The notes: a model not told the origin generated them from the sequence alone. DNA of 64,000 bases from Bispira polyomma (GCA_965649765.1 OZ287761.1:13392001-13456000), one strand, 5' to 3'. Positions 36,113 through 50,537 are shown, counted from the stretch's first letter. Numbers and translations are program-made.

Positions 36113-37905
36113 CTGTCTTTGGCATGATAACTTATATTGTGATTGCAGAATGCTCTACACTATATATGCATACCATATTTTCTGTAATATAGGCCACGAC
36201 AGAAGGCCTGTAAGAAAGAAAGGGTATTTTAGTTTAAAACAATAGAAAAAAAAATAAGTTCGGAAGAATAAAATTGAGTCGGTAAAATTGAATAGTCGGA
36301 TAATAGAGATTCTACTGTATATATATTGTAATTGCTATTTGTGTAGATGTTTACTTACATTTTCTTTGTGTATTTTAGAAGTGTGGTTAAAAAATAGTAT
36401 ATTTAATTGTAACTGCCTTTGGCATGATAACTTTTTTATTTCATTTTTTTGGTTGTTGTGATTTTAATGTTTTGATATTATTGTTTATTATACTCATATT
36501 GTTTTACTGTTTTTTATGGGATTTTTCTTTTTATTATTTTGTGCCTACAAAAATTTTAAAAATTATTTTCAATCCGACTACTACAAAAGTTTTGTGCTCT
36601 ACTGTGACAAATGCATTTAACTTTTAGTACCCCATTTAAGAGTAGTTTTGTATTTCTTCCCTCACAGCCTTTTTAAATGTTTCCGTTACTTTGAAATAAC
36701 ACAGCTAATGTTTATTCGGATTAAAAAATTTAACAAGAACATCTTTTTATTCTTGTTGGTTCACTTTAAATTAGTTCAGGTTTAAACTGCAGAAGGCTTA
36801 AAAAATTGAACATGTCTGCCAAAACCAAAAACTGAGTCATTCAAAAGTCATTTCACTTCTTTGAGTAAAAAATTATCTCAATATATTGGGATTTTAAATT
36901 TCACAACAACATGTTTTATTTCTGTTGGTTCACTATGATTCAGTTCAGGTAAAACCAAAACACTACCAAAACTGCGGAAGACAAGAAAAATTGAACATGC
37001 CCAAACTAAGAACTTAGTCTTTCAAAAGTTAAATAGATTTTCACTTCTTTGGGTCAAAAATTATCTCAATATAAATATTTATTTTGCACCATTTTGATAA
37101 AAATTTTTTAAACGATAACCAGAAAGTTGTCATACTGATGACTTACATATTCCAGTAGCTTAGCATATCAATTCCCTTAATCATTATGATGTACTACCGC
37201 AAGAAAAAAAATTCAGCAAAAATACATAATTTAAACGATTTACTGCAAACAGTCTTCACAATGTACATGTATGTTGAAAAGATTTCAGTTAAATTACTAT
37301 ACTTAAAGTTCGGATCTTTCTGTAAAACCTACATGATTATGTGATGCCAATTTGACGTAAACAATACAATATTTTTGTTTCATTCTCTATCTTATTAAAA
37401 GTAAATATTGGTTTTTCTTTAATTAATTTGTGCTACTAGGTGTGACTCCCACTTTTTTGGGGGTTTCCACCGTTTCTAAAAGTTTCTACGCCACAGCCTG
37501 CAGAATATATAGTACTGCAGAAGACTTGACCGAAACCACTGCACAACTCGGACCTAACACTTCTACTTCAATAGCGCCACAAACATGTTCAGGCATCCTC
37601 CGCTATAGCATACATCCCAAAACAATATTCACTTCCCAAAAGTTCTATACAAAAATAATAAATTTTAAATATGTTCATTGGCACTGTTTTGATTACATTT
37701 TTAAAATCAGCCAATTACCTATTATTAAGAGTGTTAATCAACCTTTCGCTTACTCTGCAAGTACAGTAGAACAGTGTTAAGTCTTATCTGAAGGGACCAA
37801 AAACATTGTTCTACTTGACAAAAGTTTCTATTTTAATTAGAAATATAGCAGTGGGACTTTAAAATAACTTCTACTTATCCGAGTTCTACCTAAAGGGGTT
37901 GGACT

Positions 37906-38230
37906 CAGGGGCGTAGCTACCATTAATGCCAATACGCCCAGGCGTACCAATTTAATGACAAGAAAGAAAATAAAAAATAAAAAAAAAATATGAAAAAAAA
38001 AAAATAAATAAATAAATTTATTTAAATTTCCGTTTATTCTGTTTGTTTTATTAGTAACATAGATTCTTGTTGTTAAATAAAATTTTATTTGGTACTCCCC
38101 AATAATTAAACCACAATATTATGTGTTAACGGCCCCCCCAAAAAAATTGAATTTTTTGTAGGACAAAAATGAACTTAATATTTTGGTTTAATTTGGGAGT
38201 ACCAGATGAAAAATCCTGGCTACTCCCCTG
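37906..38230. mobile_element. Non-autonomous hAT-like element with a 5-bp TSD, nested in the end of a family B MITE
   Basis: ggact|CAGGGGCGTAGC...GCTACTCCCCTG|ggact. Confidence 0.75.
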
Positions 38231-39970
38231 GGACTGTATGACCTCAAAAGACACCATGTAACGGTTTCTCTCCAGCTATATAGACAAAGACTTTGGGATG
38301 ACCACCTGATCATCTGACCACCTGATTATCCATTCATCAAACGCCTATGTTACATATTATAGAGGTTAACAAAATCCTTGTGCACATTAACTTTTAACAC
38401 TCTCTCTTCAGAACCATTTAAGTTTTAAAATTTCCAAGATTTAAAATCAATAGCACTAAAAAACAATGTACTGTACTTGCATAAACGTGAAGTTAACTTT
38501 TATTTAATTTTTTTTTCAGAAATTTTAACTTAAAGAGGACTTGGTTGGTTGTAAGTTTACAATGAAACATGTCAATAGACAGTGGTATCTATTTCAAATA
38601 CACACACCAACACAGATTCATTTAACTGGGAAATTCAATCTGTGTTGTTTTTTTTGCATGTTTATTTAGATATAATCAACAAAATATAGCCAAAATGTCC
38701 TTTAATATTCTGTTGCATGTAAGGTTTTACTGGTATGTTATATATAATTGACATTTCCACAACAAAACATGTATTTATTAGTATGACAGTTCTTAAAAAA
38801 ATGTAATTCCTCCACAGTCAATGAATAATGCAACAAGAGTTTTCTTTTGAAAACGACACAGGCGCACAATGTGAAATACATGTTGACATGGCTACTATTT
38901 ACTATGGCCCGCTTGGTAAACCTATAATTTTTAATCTGACACCCCTCAGTTTGGACGGGTCGAATGGCTTCCAACCTATTCATGAAGGCCTTACATATTA
39001 TTTCTAAGATGGCGGTGTACTCAGGCAAATCTAACACCCCTCAGTTTGGACGGGTAGATTGCTTCCAAACTTATCCATTTAAGCTTTACACCTTATTTCC
39101 AAAATGACTGGGCCCCCTTTCAATGGCGGCTTCTTTATTAAAATGAAAACATCAGGCTGTGCCTGATAAAAATCCAATTAATAACATCTACAAGGTTCAT
39201 TGACAATAGTTACTTGTGTGTTTCCAAAACATCTGATTTATATACAAATATTATCAGATCTATATCTACTTAGATAAATGTGCCCCATACTTAATCATGG
39301 CAATTACTATTGGGAATTAATCGGCTGGAAATAGAGAAACATTGCTTATTTAATAATTATTACTTAATATATGATAGAGCCCCTTCAAGTTCCACCACCA
39401 GGCAAGCTTATTGTTCAACGTCATGTAATGTACAGTGGTTTAATCACGTCTCTATAAATCTTGACACATCGTGCTTAAAATGTATTCTTGTTGTTAAACT
39501 AATAAGCTCAAGTCAAAACTTTAATCATATAAATACTTAAAATATATGTTTTTGAATTCATATTAACCCCTTTAAAAATATTTATATTTTTTCCTAATTG
39601 GCCAGAAAAAAAATTTAAAAATAAAATTGAGTAATATGATAAATAAATCATTAATAGCTACTGTTCATCTTTAGCAACTTTTAGTAAGTCAACCCTAAAC
39701 TTGAAATATATAAAGAAGTTATAAATAAAGTGTCATTTTCTTATATATCATTACACATATGATTCTCATAACACACTGTGCTGTGTTATAAGGTAGAAAC
39801 TACACATGTAGAAATATAGAAATTCTGGATATTTTGTCCCAAGGATATTTAAAATCGGTGTATTATTTTTTACAGGACAAAGACCTTGGCTATTTGGATA
39901 GAAATAGAACAAAGACTGTGTAAAGCTGTACTATTAACAAAGCTATAGAATTATATACTAAAGCTGTACC

Positions 39971-42900
39971 ATGGTAAGTATTTAGTTTTGTTTTTTTTAT
40001 ATATAGAGTAAGAAATTTAAAATTTGCCACTGTATCTAAAATTTCGCCACCCCTAAAAATTTAAGCCAAATCTATATAAAAAAAATTGGCGAAAAATAAC
40101 TAGCTAATTCAAGTAAGTGAGATAAAATAGTCACAAAAATTTCAATTTCAGCAAATATATGACGCACAATTCTACCCAAAAACACAATGTTTTCTAGGTG
40201 ACGAATTTCAGATATTTGGCGAATTTTAATCCCCACACTCTATTATATCCCCACTTAATGCACTACAGCAAAGCTCAATTTGTTGGCCTTTTTGTGGTGT
40301 TTTTTACATAGAGTATGAGTATGGATGAGTACATTAAAGGGTGTTTACAAAGAGTGAAAATGAATGAGTACATTATGACAGTAATATAGTTTGGGGGGTT
40401 AATGTCACTTTAAACAGATCTTGCGTCATATAATGACAGGTAGTTCACTGTGATGATATGATAAAAAAATTTTTAAAGCGCCTAATTGATGCCAAGCATC
40501 TTCTAAAACACAACATCATTGACAAAGTTATTAAAATCATAGTCCGTTTCTAAAGTAAAATCAAAAGTGATCAGGTGTGACGTGGAGGAGAAAGATGTCT
40601 AAGCAGGGTAAGCGAGAGTGAAGAGATGGGTTCCACTGTTGGGGAAGAAATCAGAGCAGCGTAGTTTTAGTTGGTCAAGCTCTGCAAACTACGGGCCCTT
40701 AAGCAAAGTCTACTGCCAACATAAAATACGAGGGCTGGTATTCACAAAGATTTTTAGTCCTAAATTTTTGTCTCAACCAATTCGATTGGTTGAAGATATT
40801 TTTTTCAAAGACATTTAATTGGCTGAAACTTTTAAGAATATTTGTGAATATGGCAGACCTTGGACCAAGATACAAACCCACAACTGGAGAGGATGAGAGG
40901 TAAGTGTGTCACCATGACACCACGGAGACTGTCGTTGTGACAGTGCAAATGTAACAACATCCCTCTTCCAAATAGTTTTGATAATTCAATAATCAAGCCA
41001 TTTCAAAACACCTGATGTTCAATTGGAACAAGCAAGTCATGTTGTAGAAATAAAAGACAATGTGTTCGAAAATTTATAAAATATATATTGTACAATTTTG
41101 ATATATCTCATTTTAGGCTCAGCTTACTGAAGACCAAATTGCAGGTAAGTAATATATTTAAAGATACACTTTCATAAACATTGTTAAACTGTTTTTTCAG
41201 TACATCAAATTCTTTTCTGTAAAACAAGTAACCGTACTAAATTCGAATCCAAACATTCAATGGGAATTGGGAATCGACACAAAGATCAATTAACCCAACA
41301 GATTGTATTCCAATTTTTATAACAACCTTGTACCTAAAAGTCTGCATAACCAAAGCTGACAGTTTGGAGAATTGTAAACCAAGAACAAATGTTAAAAGAA
41401 TCTTAAAAGACCTAGAACCATAATAAATAAATTTTGTTAGCCTGCCATTCTTGAATAGTTCTCTCACCAAACACATAACAATCACAGAACAGTTTTCATA
41501 CTCAAATTAATTGGTGGATACAACAATAATTTTAGGAAACTTATCTTTGTATTAATATGCGTTATTTAGAGACATGCCAGACAGCAAAAAGGTCTTGTCC
41601 TATAAAAATCATAAATATAACAAGAGGAGAATGGCCTGGAAGCCATATCATGATTATGCCACTACAAAGCAAGTTACTGACGAGTCTGGAAATAGTGAAC
41701 CAGTCACTAGTCAGCGATCAAAATGGATTTCGAGAACCATCTACTGTGGGTACCTAGTTAGGTGAATCCCTGAAAATTGCCCATCAGGAAAACTGCCCAT
41801 CAGGAAATTATCCCATCAATTATTTCCCATCAGGAAAACTGCCCATCAGCTAATTGGAGGGGTATGAAAATTTCCCATCAATTTTTTAAAAATTATAATA
41901 AAATGTTATTAGCAAAATATTTTTCTTTACAGAAGTGTTTTTGCTTGTGTTCAAAATTTTTAATTAAATAATTTGAATATAGGAAATCAAAATTTTTAAA
42001 AAAATTGAAGATATAGAAAGTTTAATAAATTGTGAATTTTACAATTTCTGCAAAATAATAGTTTTATACCTTTTGTACACACATTAAATTAGAATATTAT
42101 ATTTAATGTCAGTATCATAGAAAACTTATATATTTATCTATCTATGTTGATGAAAATCTTACTTCAAAAGGTTGTGTGATGTCATTATTGCCAATTGACA
42201 AACTTTTTCATTTCCATCCCTGAGCATAAATCAAATAACACTAGAATGTGTATTGTGCTAATTGCCAAATGTAATCAGTTTAAAGACTCTTTCATTTTGT
42301 GTTCTTGAGCACAAATCAAATGGTGTAACATTGGTTCTTTTGATAGATTTCAAGTGTAATTAACTTAAAGATTCTCTCATTTTCATTCCTGATTACAAAT
42401 CAAATGGTGGTCATAGTGTATGATGGGCTTTGATCTCTAATCTGGGTAGCTACAGTTTGAATCCCTAAAAAATTTCATAAAGTAATAGTGCTAAAACTTG
42501 TATAATGTACCTAAAATGTGATTCACCATATATTTTTTTCTCAGCTTGATACAGTAAGGAATCTAAAATTTGCTCCTGTATCTAAAATTCGCCACCCCTA
42601 AAATTTACGCCAAATAAATAAAAACTGGCAAAAAATAACTGGTAAGGAAGGCAAATTATTCATAAAAATATTAGTTTAAGCAAATATTTACCACAATTCT
42701 ACCCAAAACACAACATTTTCTGGGTTGCGAATTTCAGATGGTGGCAAATTTTAAATTCCTTACAGCCACAACCACTCATCAACCAAAGTATATATATATA
42801 TGTTTTTTATCTTTCCAAACCTAATGTTTGTCATATATATATATATATATTCCTTTTGAAACCATTTGAAATGGGTGGTAAAAAATGGACCCTTCAATCA

Positions 42901-45900
42901 AATCTGAAGATCCCAATATTTAAAACTTGAATAACTGCTACTATACCGCCTATAATTACACCAAATTACAAATGAATTATCACTGGAACAGAATCATTAT
43001 GTATGCCGAAAATGAAAGCTGAAATCCTTGTAAGTTCTGCGATTACTCTGTCTACAGAATTTGATCATGATATAACCATGGTTATCATCTCTCTTCGACT
43101 ATAACCCCCCTCACCCCCCCCCCCCCCACCCCCCTCATCTCTGGGAAAGCATGATTATGCTAATAAGCATTGGCATAATCATGCAACAAAAATTTGTATT
43201 TATGTAGCATTCACATCTTTACGTTCTATAGGACCGTGAACATCTTGGCATAAACTGGTGAGATCGGCAAGAACAGGAGGCAGAGCCGGAAGTTATGAAT
43301 TTCCGTGGGTAATCGGCTATAAAAGCACATAGTATTGAGACAACTGGAGACAAGGGGATGTGGTTTGGGGGCTTAAACAGGGCTTAAACTGCTCAGGACT
43401 TGTGTGATCTGAACAGAACTGGTGTAATTTGGTGTAATCTGGAGCAAACGTTGCAGGAACGTGTGATGAACTACTTAGATCTTAGGCCTGGGCATAAACT
43501 GGTCATAAACTGGTCATAAACTGGCGAGATCTGGTAAAAACTGGGCATATCTTTGGCATAAACAAGGCTTAAATGAGGCAAATGCTGGGCATGCAAATAT
43601 ATGCAAATAAGCATTTTCCCCCATTCTCTCGCCGACCAGCCAAGTTCTAATGGTCGGGAGTAAACTATTATTAACGTGGCAAGAACACTTAAAATTAGTT
43701 TCTCAGTAACTCTTGGTAAAGTCCATATACATGTCAAAATGATGGTGGTACCATTTTTCAGTCTATTAAAAAGTTGCGTATGTCTTTTATATCACAGCAG
43801 TTAAAAACATTTGAGAGCGCTTCTCTTTCACCTAAATGAGTATTTATATTAAGTAATATTCCTATTTCAAAAATTCAAAGTTTGTATTGTCATTTTTATG
43901 TGTATAGCATCTTAATTGTAATGTTAAAAAAGTTTAGACCTGAAATTCGAATGGACTAGATTTAGGAACGTAGATTGTACGAGTTTACTATTGTTTAGTG
44001 GTCTCTGTTTAGTGGTCTCTGTGGCCTAGTGGTTAGAGTGTCGTACTTTGAATATATCAAATGATAAATATTATTCTTATTATTATAATTATTGTGTAGA
44101 ATTCAAGGAGGCTTTCAAGATGTTTGACAAGGATGGTGACGGTTCGATCAGCACAAAAGAGTTAAAGGCGATCATGAACGCTTTGGGCCAGACTCCAAGT
44201 GATCAAGAGCTGCAGGTCCTGATGGACGAAGTTGATAAAGATGGTCAGTGGCCTCTGTTCTCATAGACCTAGACTAAGGAAATCACCACTGTATCTGAAA
44301 TTGGCCACATACAAAATGTGGTGGAATTGTGGGTAATATGTGCTGAAATTAAGATTTTTGTGACTATTTTGCCTTACTAAATTCCAGTTATTTTTCGCCA
44401 GTTTTTATTGATTTGGCCTAAATTTTAGGGGTGGTGTAACGAGTTATGGAAACACTATGTGGCAAAAGTCAATAAACACTGAGATATTCAAAAGTGCGGA
44501 AATCTGTGTGGGATTGTCGGGGCAAAGTCTACACACTGTGAAACACACTTGCATGTTAATTGTGCCTTTTTGCATTACATAGATCAGAGATACCACATGG
44601 GTTATGGGAAACATTATGTGGCAAAAGTTAAAAAAAACATTGCGGAAATCTGCATGGGATTTTAGGCGAAGTCTCTACACTGTTCAGAGGTGGTCGGTGC
44701 AGTAGAACCCAGGCTGGGGGTGTAAACTGTAAGGTCGACTAATATCAGACGATAAACCTACTCACATTTACATTTAAATACACTTATATGTTGATCGTGT
44801 GTCGATATTTCATCAGGTAATGGGTCCATTGACTTCGAAGAGTTTCTGGAGATGATGCAAAAGACGGCCAATGAGGATGACGATGAGGACACAGATGAAC
44901 CATTAAGGAAAACTTTTAATGGTATTTGCACTGCATATTGTATCTAGGGGGTGGTATTCACTAATAAGCCTATTCAGCATTTCCAGTGCGAATGTCCAAC
45001 TTTACAAATCTTGCAAAATATCGGCAACTTTCCTTCATATTTCAATTTAAATTAAAACAATTAATATAAAGCACTAATATAGGCAATCTTGGTATATCTA
45101 CAGAAAGGTTTTGATGAGAGCTTCTTGATTATAAGGTAATTTTTACAATTGTACGTTATAACAATTAATAAGACCAAATGTGAATATGCGATTTGTTTTA
45201 GTTTATTCTCGCATTCAGTGAATTGGCTTATGGCTCGGTAACACTGGGTACATTTTGGTTTACGTTTATGTTGTTTGTGTTTTATTGAAATGCAAGCAAA
45301 CAAAAAAAAGAGAAGTGAAATTGGGGAATGTAACAAAAAATTCATGCCAGGGACATTTTGTTTACGCATTTATCATGTTTTGGTAGCGTTTATTTTGTAT
45401 ACGTTTGGATACATTCTATAAATTACATAACTCATTTCATTACATTTTGATCTCGTTTGTCACGTTTCAAATACGTTATATTCGCTTCACTTACATCTTT
45501 GACGTTTCAGGTATGTTTTGGTCATTATGTTTTGGTAGCCTTTTCAACTATGTTTGAATACGTTCTATACAATTACATAACTCATTTTATTACATTTTGA
45601 TCTCGTTTGTCACATTTCAAATGTGTTATATTTGCTTCACTTACATCTTTGACGTTTCTGTTATGTTTTGATGATGCTTTAGATGTATGTTACATCTTAG
45701 TGCCATCTTTTACGTTCATATATGCAGTGATGGCATGTCATAGGAGTCATACGTTTTCCCCCCTAACGCAGAAAACGTTTCACTGAAGATTTGTCAAAAA
45801 CAGCTTTAAACGTAGCTTATTTTCGTGCTGCTAAAAATGGTGACTTCTTCGCAATTTTTAATCAAGATCAGATCAAATTTGAGAAAAAAGTTTCAAGTGA

Positions 45901-47796
45901 TCCTTGGACCAAATCGGTATTCATAAAGCAAGGAATTATTTTATCTTTTGTTTTTGTATTCTTCTTCTTCACTCAAACATCTACTGCCACACTTGATCTG
46001 TGCTGATCTAAAGGTAATCTACCAAGTTGGATCTAATTGATGCCAGACATCTAAAGCGCAATATCATTGTCAAAGTTGTTAAAATCGTAGTCCGTTTTCA
46101 ATGCAAATTTGTGATCGGGGGTCGAGGTGGAGGTAAAGAGATGGTTCTTAAGGCTACTTTTAAAGCCAGGGAGGGTTTTCTGAGATCTTATATTGGTTGG
46201 TAAATTATTCCATAGGGTGGGTGTTGCAACAGAGATGGCATAGGATCCAATTAATTAGACAAGAGATGGTTTGAAATATCTCTCAATGAGAATAGGTCTA
46301 GTGACGAGTATTTAATAATTTTTATAACATTGCCCCGCCTATGATTTTGAATTTGAATTAGGTTATTTAAAGTACACTCTGGTACCTGTTGAGGTTATAT
46401 TGGGACGGGTAGTTGGAAACGTTGGAGGAAACACTGCATACAGTTGATCAAGGTTCTGCACTGAAACCAGGGGCCCACAGTAAGGAACTACCACCTTTCC
46501 CACATAGGCATCAACGGGAGTCGAACTCACGCCGCCCAGAGGTGAGAGTGTAGACACCAGAAATTATACAAGTGATAGTTTGATATTTTAACACAATATC
46601 TCTCCATGAGAATGGATCTGGTGACTAGTGTTTTCATGTATTTTTTTTTTGGGGGGGTAGTATTTGCAGACGGTAGCGACTACATCACGAATAAGGATCT
46701 AAAACAAGTGATGAAGAATCTGGGCGAGGACATGACTGACAATGAAATCAAAGATATGCTCCACGAGGCAGACACTAATGGCGACGGAAAAATAGACTAT
46801 GAGGGTGCGTTTTCAACTGTTTTCAACTCCATTGATTATAAATGGGTTATAAACTTATAAACAAGTTATAAATGACATTATAACATGTATACTGTTAGAG
46901 CCCTGGAAAGACTATGCCTTTTGCAGTTAAAACTATTTTGTAAGTGTAATGCAATGCATCACAGTGTATTGAGTACATTTATCTGTCTCTACTGTTTCCT
47001 CTGAAATCTAATATATATGTGAGAAAGTAAATCAGTTATGCCAATGCATAAATACCTATAACACCCATATATACAGCAAATTGAATAAAGTATCTTAAAG
47101 CAGTGAATTCTCTCAAAAAGACTGGTACTTCTCAAATGATTTAAAACAAGCTTAACAAGGACTTGTTACAGACATTATAAAAACAGTTTATCTGTCTTAT
47201 TCTGTCCAGTTCATACAAATATTTAAAACATTTCATTCAAAATATTTGTTTGGTGATTCCAACTAAAAGTAATATTGCTAGTTTACAGTAATATTTTTAA
47301 ATGAACATAAGTAAAACTCACGAAACAGCTCAATTCAAGCTGTAAAACTGTGAGTTTAATCAATAAAATCTATAAAGCACTAAAATACTGGCCTCTGATG
47401 AGTCTCTCTGACGAAACTGTGCACCAACCATTTTGCATCCATAATGTTGTACATCCATTATGTATTTAATACATGTGTTCTCTGACCATTCAGTCACTTA
47501 CACACTGTGTCATACAGATGCAACAAACTGTGATGTCACAGTTTTAATTTTGTGATATATATGACATCACAGATGATGCAATACATTGTGATGTCATAAT
47601 GGACAAGCAAAATGTTGTTGTCTATCTACAAATGACATTCAAATCATTTGAGCACAGTCAGGCACACAGTGCATACGTGGGAGTAAGAAATGAGTCTGGC
47701 CTCGTTTACCTACTTATTATAAATGACATTATTTCTATTTTTTTTTATGTTTTTTTTTTTTTATTTTCAGAGTTTGTCAGGATGATGGGGCATTAA
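39971..47796 (+). CDS. Calmodulin-like EF-hand protein, 149 aa; coding exons 39971-39973, 41117-41144, 44100-44243, 44817-44921, 46661-46804 and 47771-47796
   Basis: Spliced: [149 protein letters not shown]. The ATG|gtaag first exon and 144-nt third exon match metazoan calmodulin gene structure. Confidence 0.9.
41117..41144 (+). CDS. Calmodulin-like coding exon 2
   Basis: ttag|GCTCAGCTTACTGAAGACCAAATTGCAG|gtaagt = AQLTEDQIA. Confidence 0.85.
44100..44243 (+). CDS. Calmodulin-like coding exon 3 (EF1, start of EF2)
   Basis: [22 protein letters not shown]. Confidence 0.9.
44817..44921 (+). CDS. Calmodulin-like coding exon 4 (EF2, acidic linker)
   Basis: [14 protein letters not shown]...; absent from the ORF track. 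Confidence 0.9.
45374..45670. repeat. About 150-bp tandem duplication in a calmodulin-like intron
   Basis: atgttttggtagc...ttacatctttgacgtttc occurs twice. Confidence 0.75.
46661..46804 (+). CDS. Calmodulin-like coding exon 5 (degenerate EF3, EF4)
   Basis: [14 protein letters not shown]...[13 protein letters not shown]. An alternative in-frame acceptor lies at 46670. Confidence 0.88.
47771..47796 (+). CDS. Calmodulin-like final coding exon
   Basis: ttttcag|AGTTTGTCAGGATGATGGGGCATTAA = EFVRMMGH*. Confidence 0.88.
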
Positions 47797-48522
47797 CTTC
47801 CAGGAGAAAAAGACTTATTTATAATGTATGATGGTCAACGGGGTTTCCGACGTACTAAGAACATTTACGTTTATCGTAAAATACGTGCAAAGTAAATATG
47901 GTATGTCAAAAACCCCATTGCGTCGAAAACATGATGCATGACCATACACATTAAGTATAGAGTCAAAAATAAAGAAAAGCTAAATTTTTTTCATGTTTTT
48001 GGATCAAATATATAGGCTTACATTTGTAATATATATTTTAAAGTTGTAAACTCATTTGTGAAATTAACTGTTCATAGTGATTGTTAGTAATACTGTGCAA
48101 GGTAAAATTGCAGAATTTATTCACATGGAGTTAAAAATAGTCATAATTTTGAGGAAACGTAGTAATAGTTTCTTTGTTGTTGCTTGATAGTTTTTGTATG
48201 TTAAATTGTGTGTCTTGAATCATATTGTTATTGTTTTTTTTTGGGGGGGGGGACTAAATCGTGTCACAGTGTTAATGTATGACCGTGTTCCTGTTATTGT
48301 ACGTATGTATTAATACTGTATCTCATGTCACAGTATTATAATGATGTATATCTTTTGTGAATATAAAAAAGACAAATTCGTAGTTTTGGGTGTGACTTAG
48401 TTTGTTCCAAGGCTTTGTATTGGTCGGTCGTACTACAAGTATCAGCCCAAAATATATATATGATAAGTGTTTAATTTATGTGGTTTGTGTGTCTTACAAT
48501 TAAAATTGAAAAGGAAGAAAAA

Positions 48523-49110
48523 AGGCCATTGTAGGCCATGTTTTTCATTTTATTTTGATTTCCAAGGACCCATGCTCACGCAATCGCCAACTCCCTGGTT
48601 TTACTCTAATTTTGACCTATTGGCCAGTGGGCACTTCTGCGGATGATTTCGGTAGTATTCTATTTTCATTCTTGTTACATTTTAGGCCATTGTAGGCCAT
48701 GTTTTTCATTTTATTTTGATTTCTAAGGGCCAATGCTCATGCAATCGCCAACCCCCTGGTTTTACTCTGATTTTGATCTATTGCGCAGTGGGCACTTCTG
48801 CGGATGATTTCGGAAGTATTCTATTTTCATTCTTGTGACATTTTAGTCCATTGTAGGCCATGTTTTTCATTTTATTTTGATTTCTAAGGGCCAATGCTCA
48901 CGCAATCGCCAACCCCCTGGTTTTACTCTGATTTTGACCTATTGGGCAGTGGGCACTTCTGCGGATGATTTCGGAAGTATTCTATTTTCATTCTTGTGAC
49001 ATTTTAGTCAAAACTTGATTTGCTAGCATTGACAAAATGTTGACAACTGTCAGTGTTTGTTTGTGTGTGTCTCTGTCAGTGTTTGTTTGTGTGTGTCTAT
49101 TTTGTGTGTC
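48523..49110. repeat. 161-bp tandem repeat (3 copies) followed by a (TG/TTTG) microsatellite
   Basis: Units start at 48523, 48684 and 48845. Confidence 0.9.
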
Positions 49111-49870
49111 AAATAAATCAAATACAAATTTGAAAATGCAAATCAAATGTTTTATTTGAAAAATAGTCATGCCACTGGGAAAAATATATATGAAAATAAT
49201 ACTATTTATTAGTAATTAATATCAAATAATTCTAGTATACCATTCATTTGGATAATATATATCACTTCATTGTTAACAGGCCTTTTACACAATGATCAGG
49301 GGTCAATGTATCCCAAAACCTTTGCAAAAGGTAGTCACCGAATTTTTACTTAAACTTTAACATACACTGCAAATATGATGTTTTTGTTTTTTTTATAATT
49401 TAGTTTATTCCCCACCCCCCGCTGTGGTTTTAACAATATTTGACATCTCGCAGGATGCATTTTTTACGTATATGACATACATTTACAATCCTAAATTACT
49501 CATAAATACACTTACTAGGACCATTATATATTCGGGCCCCAGGCATTTTTTAACCGATATAACATTCATTTACAATCCTAAATTACTCGAAAATACATCA
49601 AAAGGGGAAAATAATTTTTTTTACAAAAAAAGGAAACACACAATTACTGCACTGACAAATTACAGATCACAAGTTATGTAATATAGGACTCCACTTTTCA
49701 TGATAAAGTTTTAAACATTTTCCATTTCTCTATAATAAAATTTTTTCCAATTTTGCATGATGACTTATAATTCTTATAACATTTTCTACTTGAAGAGAAC
49801 TTTCTAAACATTTTATTTTTTATACATATGATGTTTAAATTCATGTACATAAGCAAAGACGGAAATCTCT

Positions 49871-50071
49871 TACAGTGACCTTGAAAGGAACAGTGACCTT
49901 GATAGTTTAATACATAAATGAGAACAACATACTTTTTGGTAATATATTCCATTTATTAGCTCCATACGTTCAGTTCACCACATGTGTATGACATTGTATG
50001 ACCTTGATACATCATATAAAAGTTGGTGAAATTATTTAGGGAATACTAAAGAATGATACTAACCACCCCAA
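49871..50071 (-). repeat. Split direct repeat B2
   Basis: Matches 50324-50524 except for 1 substitution and 1 indel, by eye. Confidence 0.95.
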
Positions 50072-50182
50072 TAGTGTAACACCAACACTTAATTAATAGC
50101 TATAACAAGCTGTACACCCCTACAAGATAACACAGCCAAGCATTATCTTAGAAAGAGGGGGGGAAATGAAAAGGGGGTTGGG

Positions 50183-50325
50183 AATAAAATTTAACACATG
50201 CTTCTCAGTTGGTGCCTTCGTCGAACTGCGATGAGGCACGCGCTTCACCACAGTACTCGATGCGTCATACTGCCTTACGTCACTGAACTCGTTTGCTACC
50301 TTCTTACGTCATCGCAAACCTACTA
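50183..50325 (-). repeat. Split direct repeat A2
   Basis: Matches 56600-56742 except for 2 substitutions, by eye. Confidence 0.95.
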
Positions 50326-50524
50326 CAGTGACCTTGAAAGGAACAGTGACCTTGATAGTTTAATACATAAATGAGAACAACATACTTTTTGGTAATATAT
50401 TCCATTTATTAGCTCCATACGTTCAGTTCACCACATGTGTATGACATTGTATGACCTTGATACGTCATATAAAAGTTGGTGAAATTATTTAGGGAATACT
50501 AAAGAATGATACTAACCACCCCAA
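50324..50524 (-). repeat. Split direct repeat B1
   Basis: Abuts A2, sharing TA. Confidence 0.95.
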
Positions 50525-50537
50525 GCCAAACAAGGAT

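Noticed and set aside
38520-38550. Possible 5' UTR micro-exon of the calmodulin-like gene (cag|...|gtaagt)
   Set aside because: Plausible splice signals, but non-coding and unverifiable without transcripts.
39971-47796. Calling the gene canonical calmodulin
   Set aside because: Too divergent for the near-invariant CaM, with a degenerate EF3.
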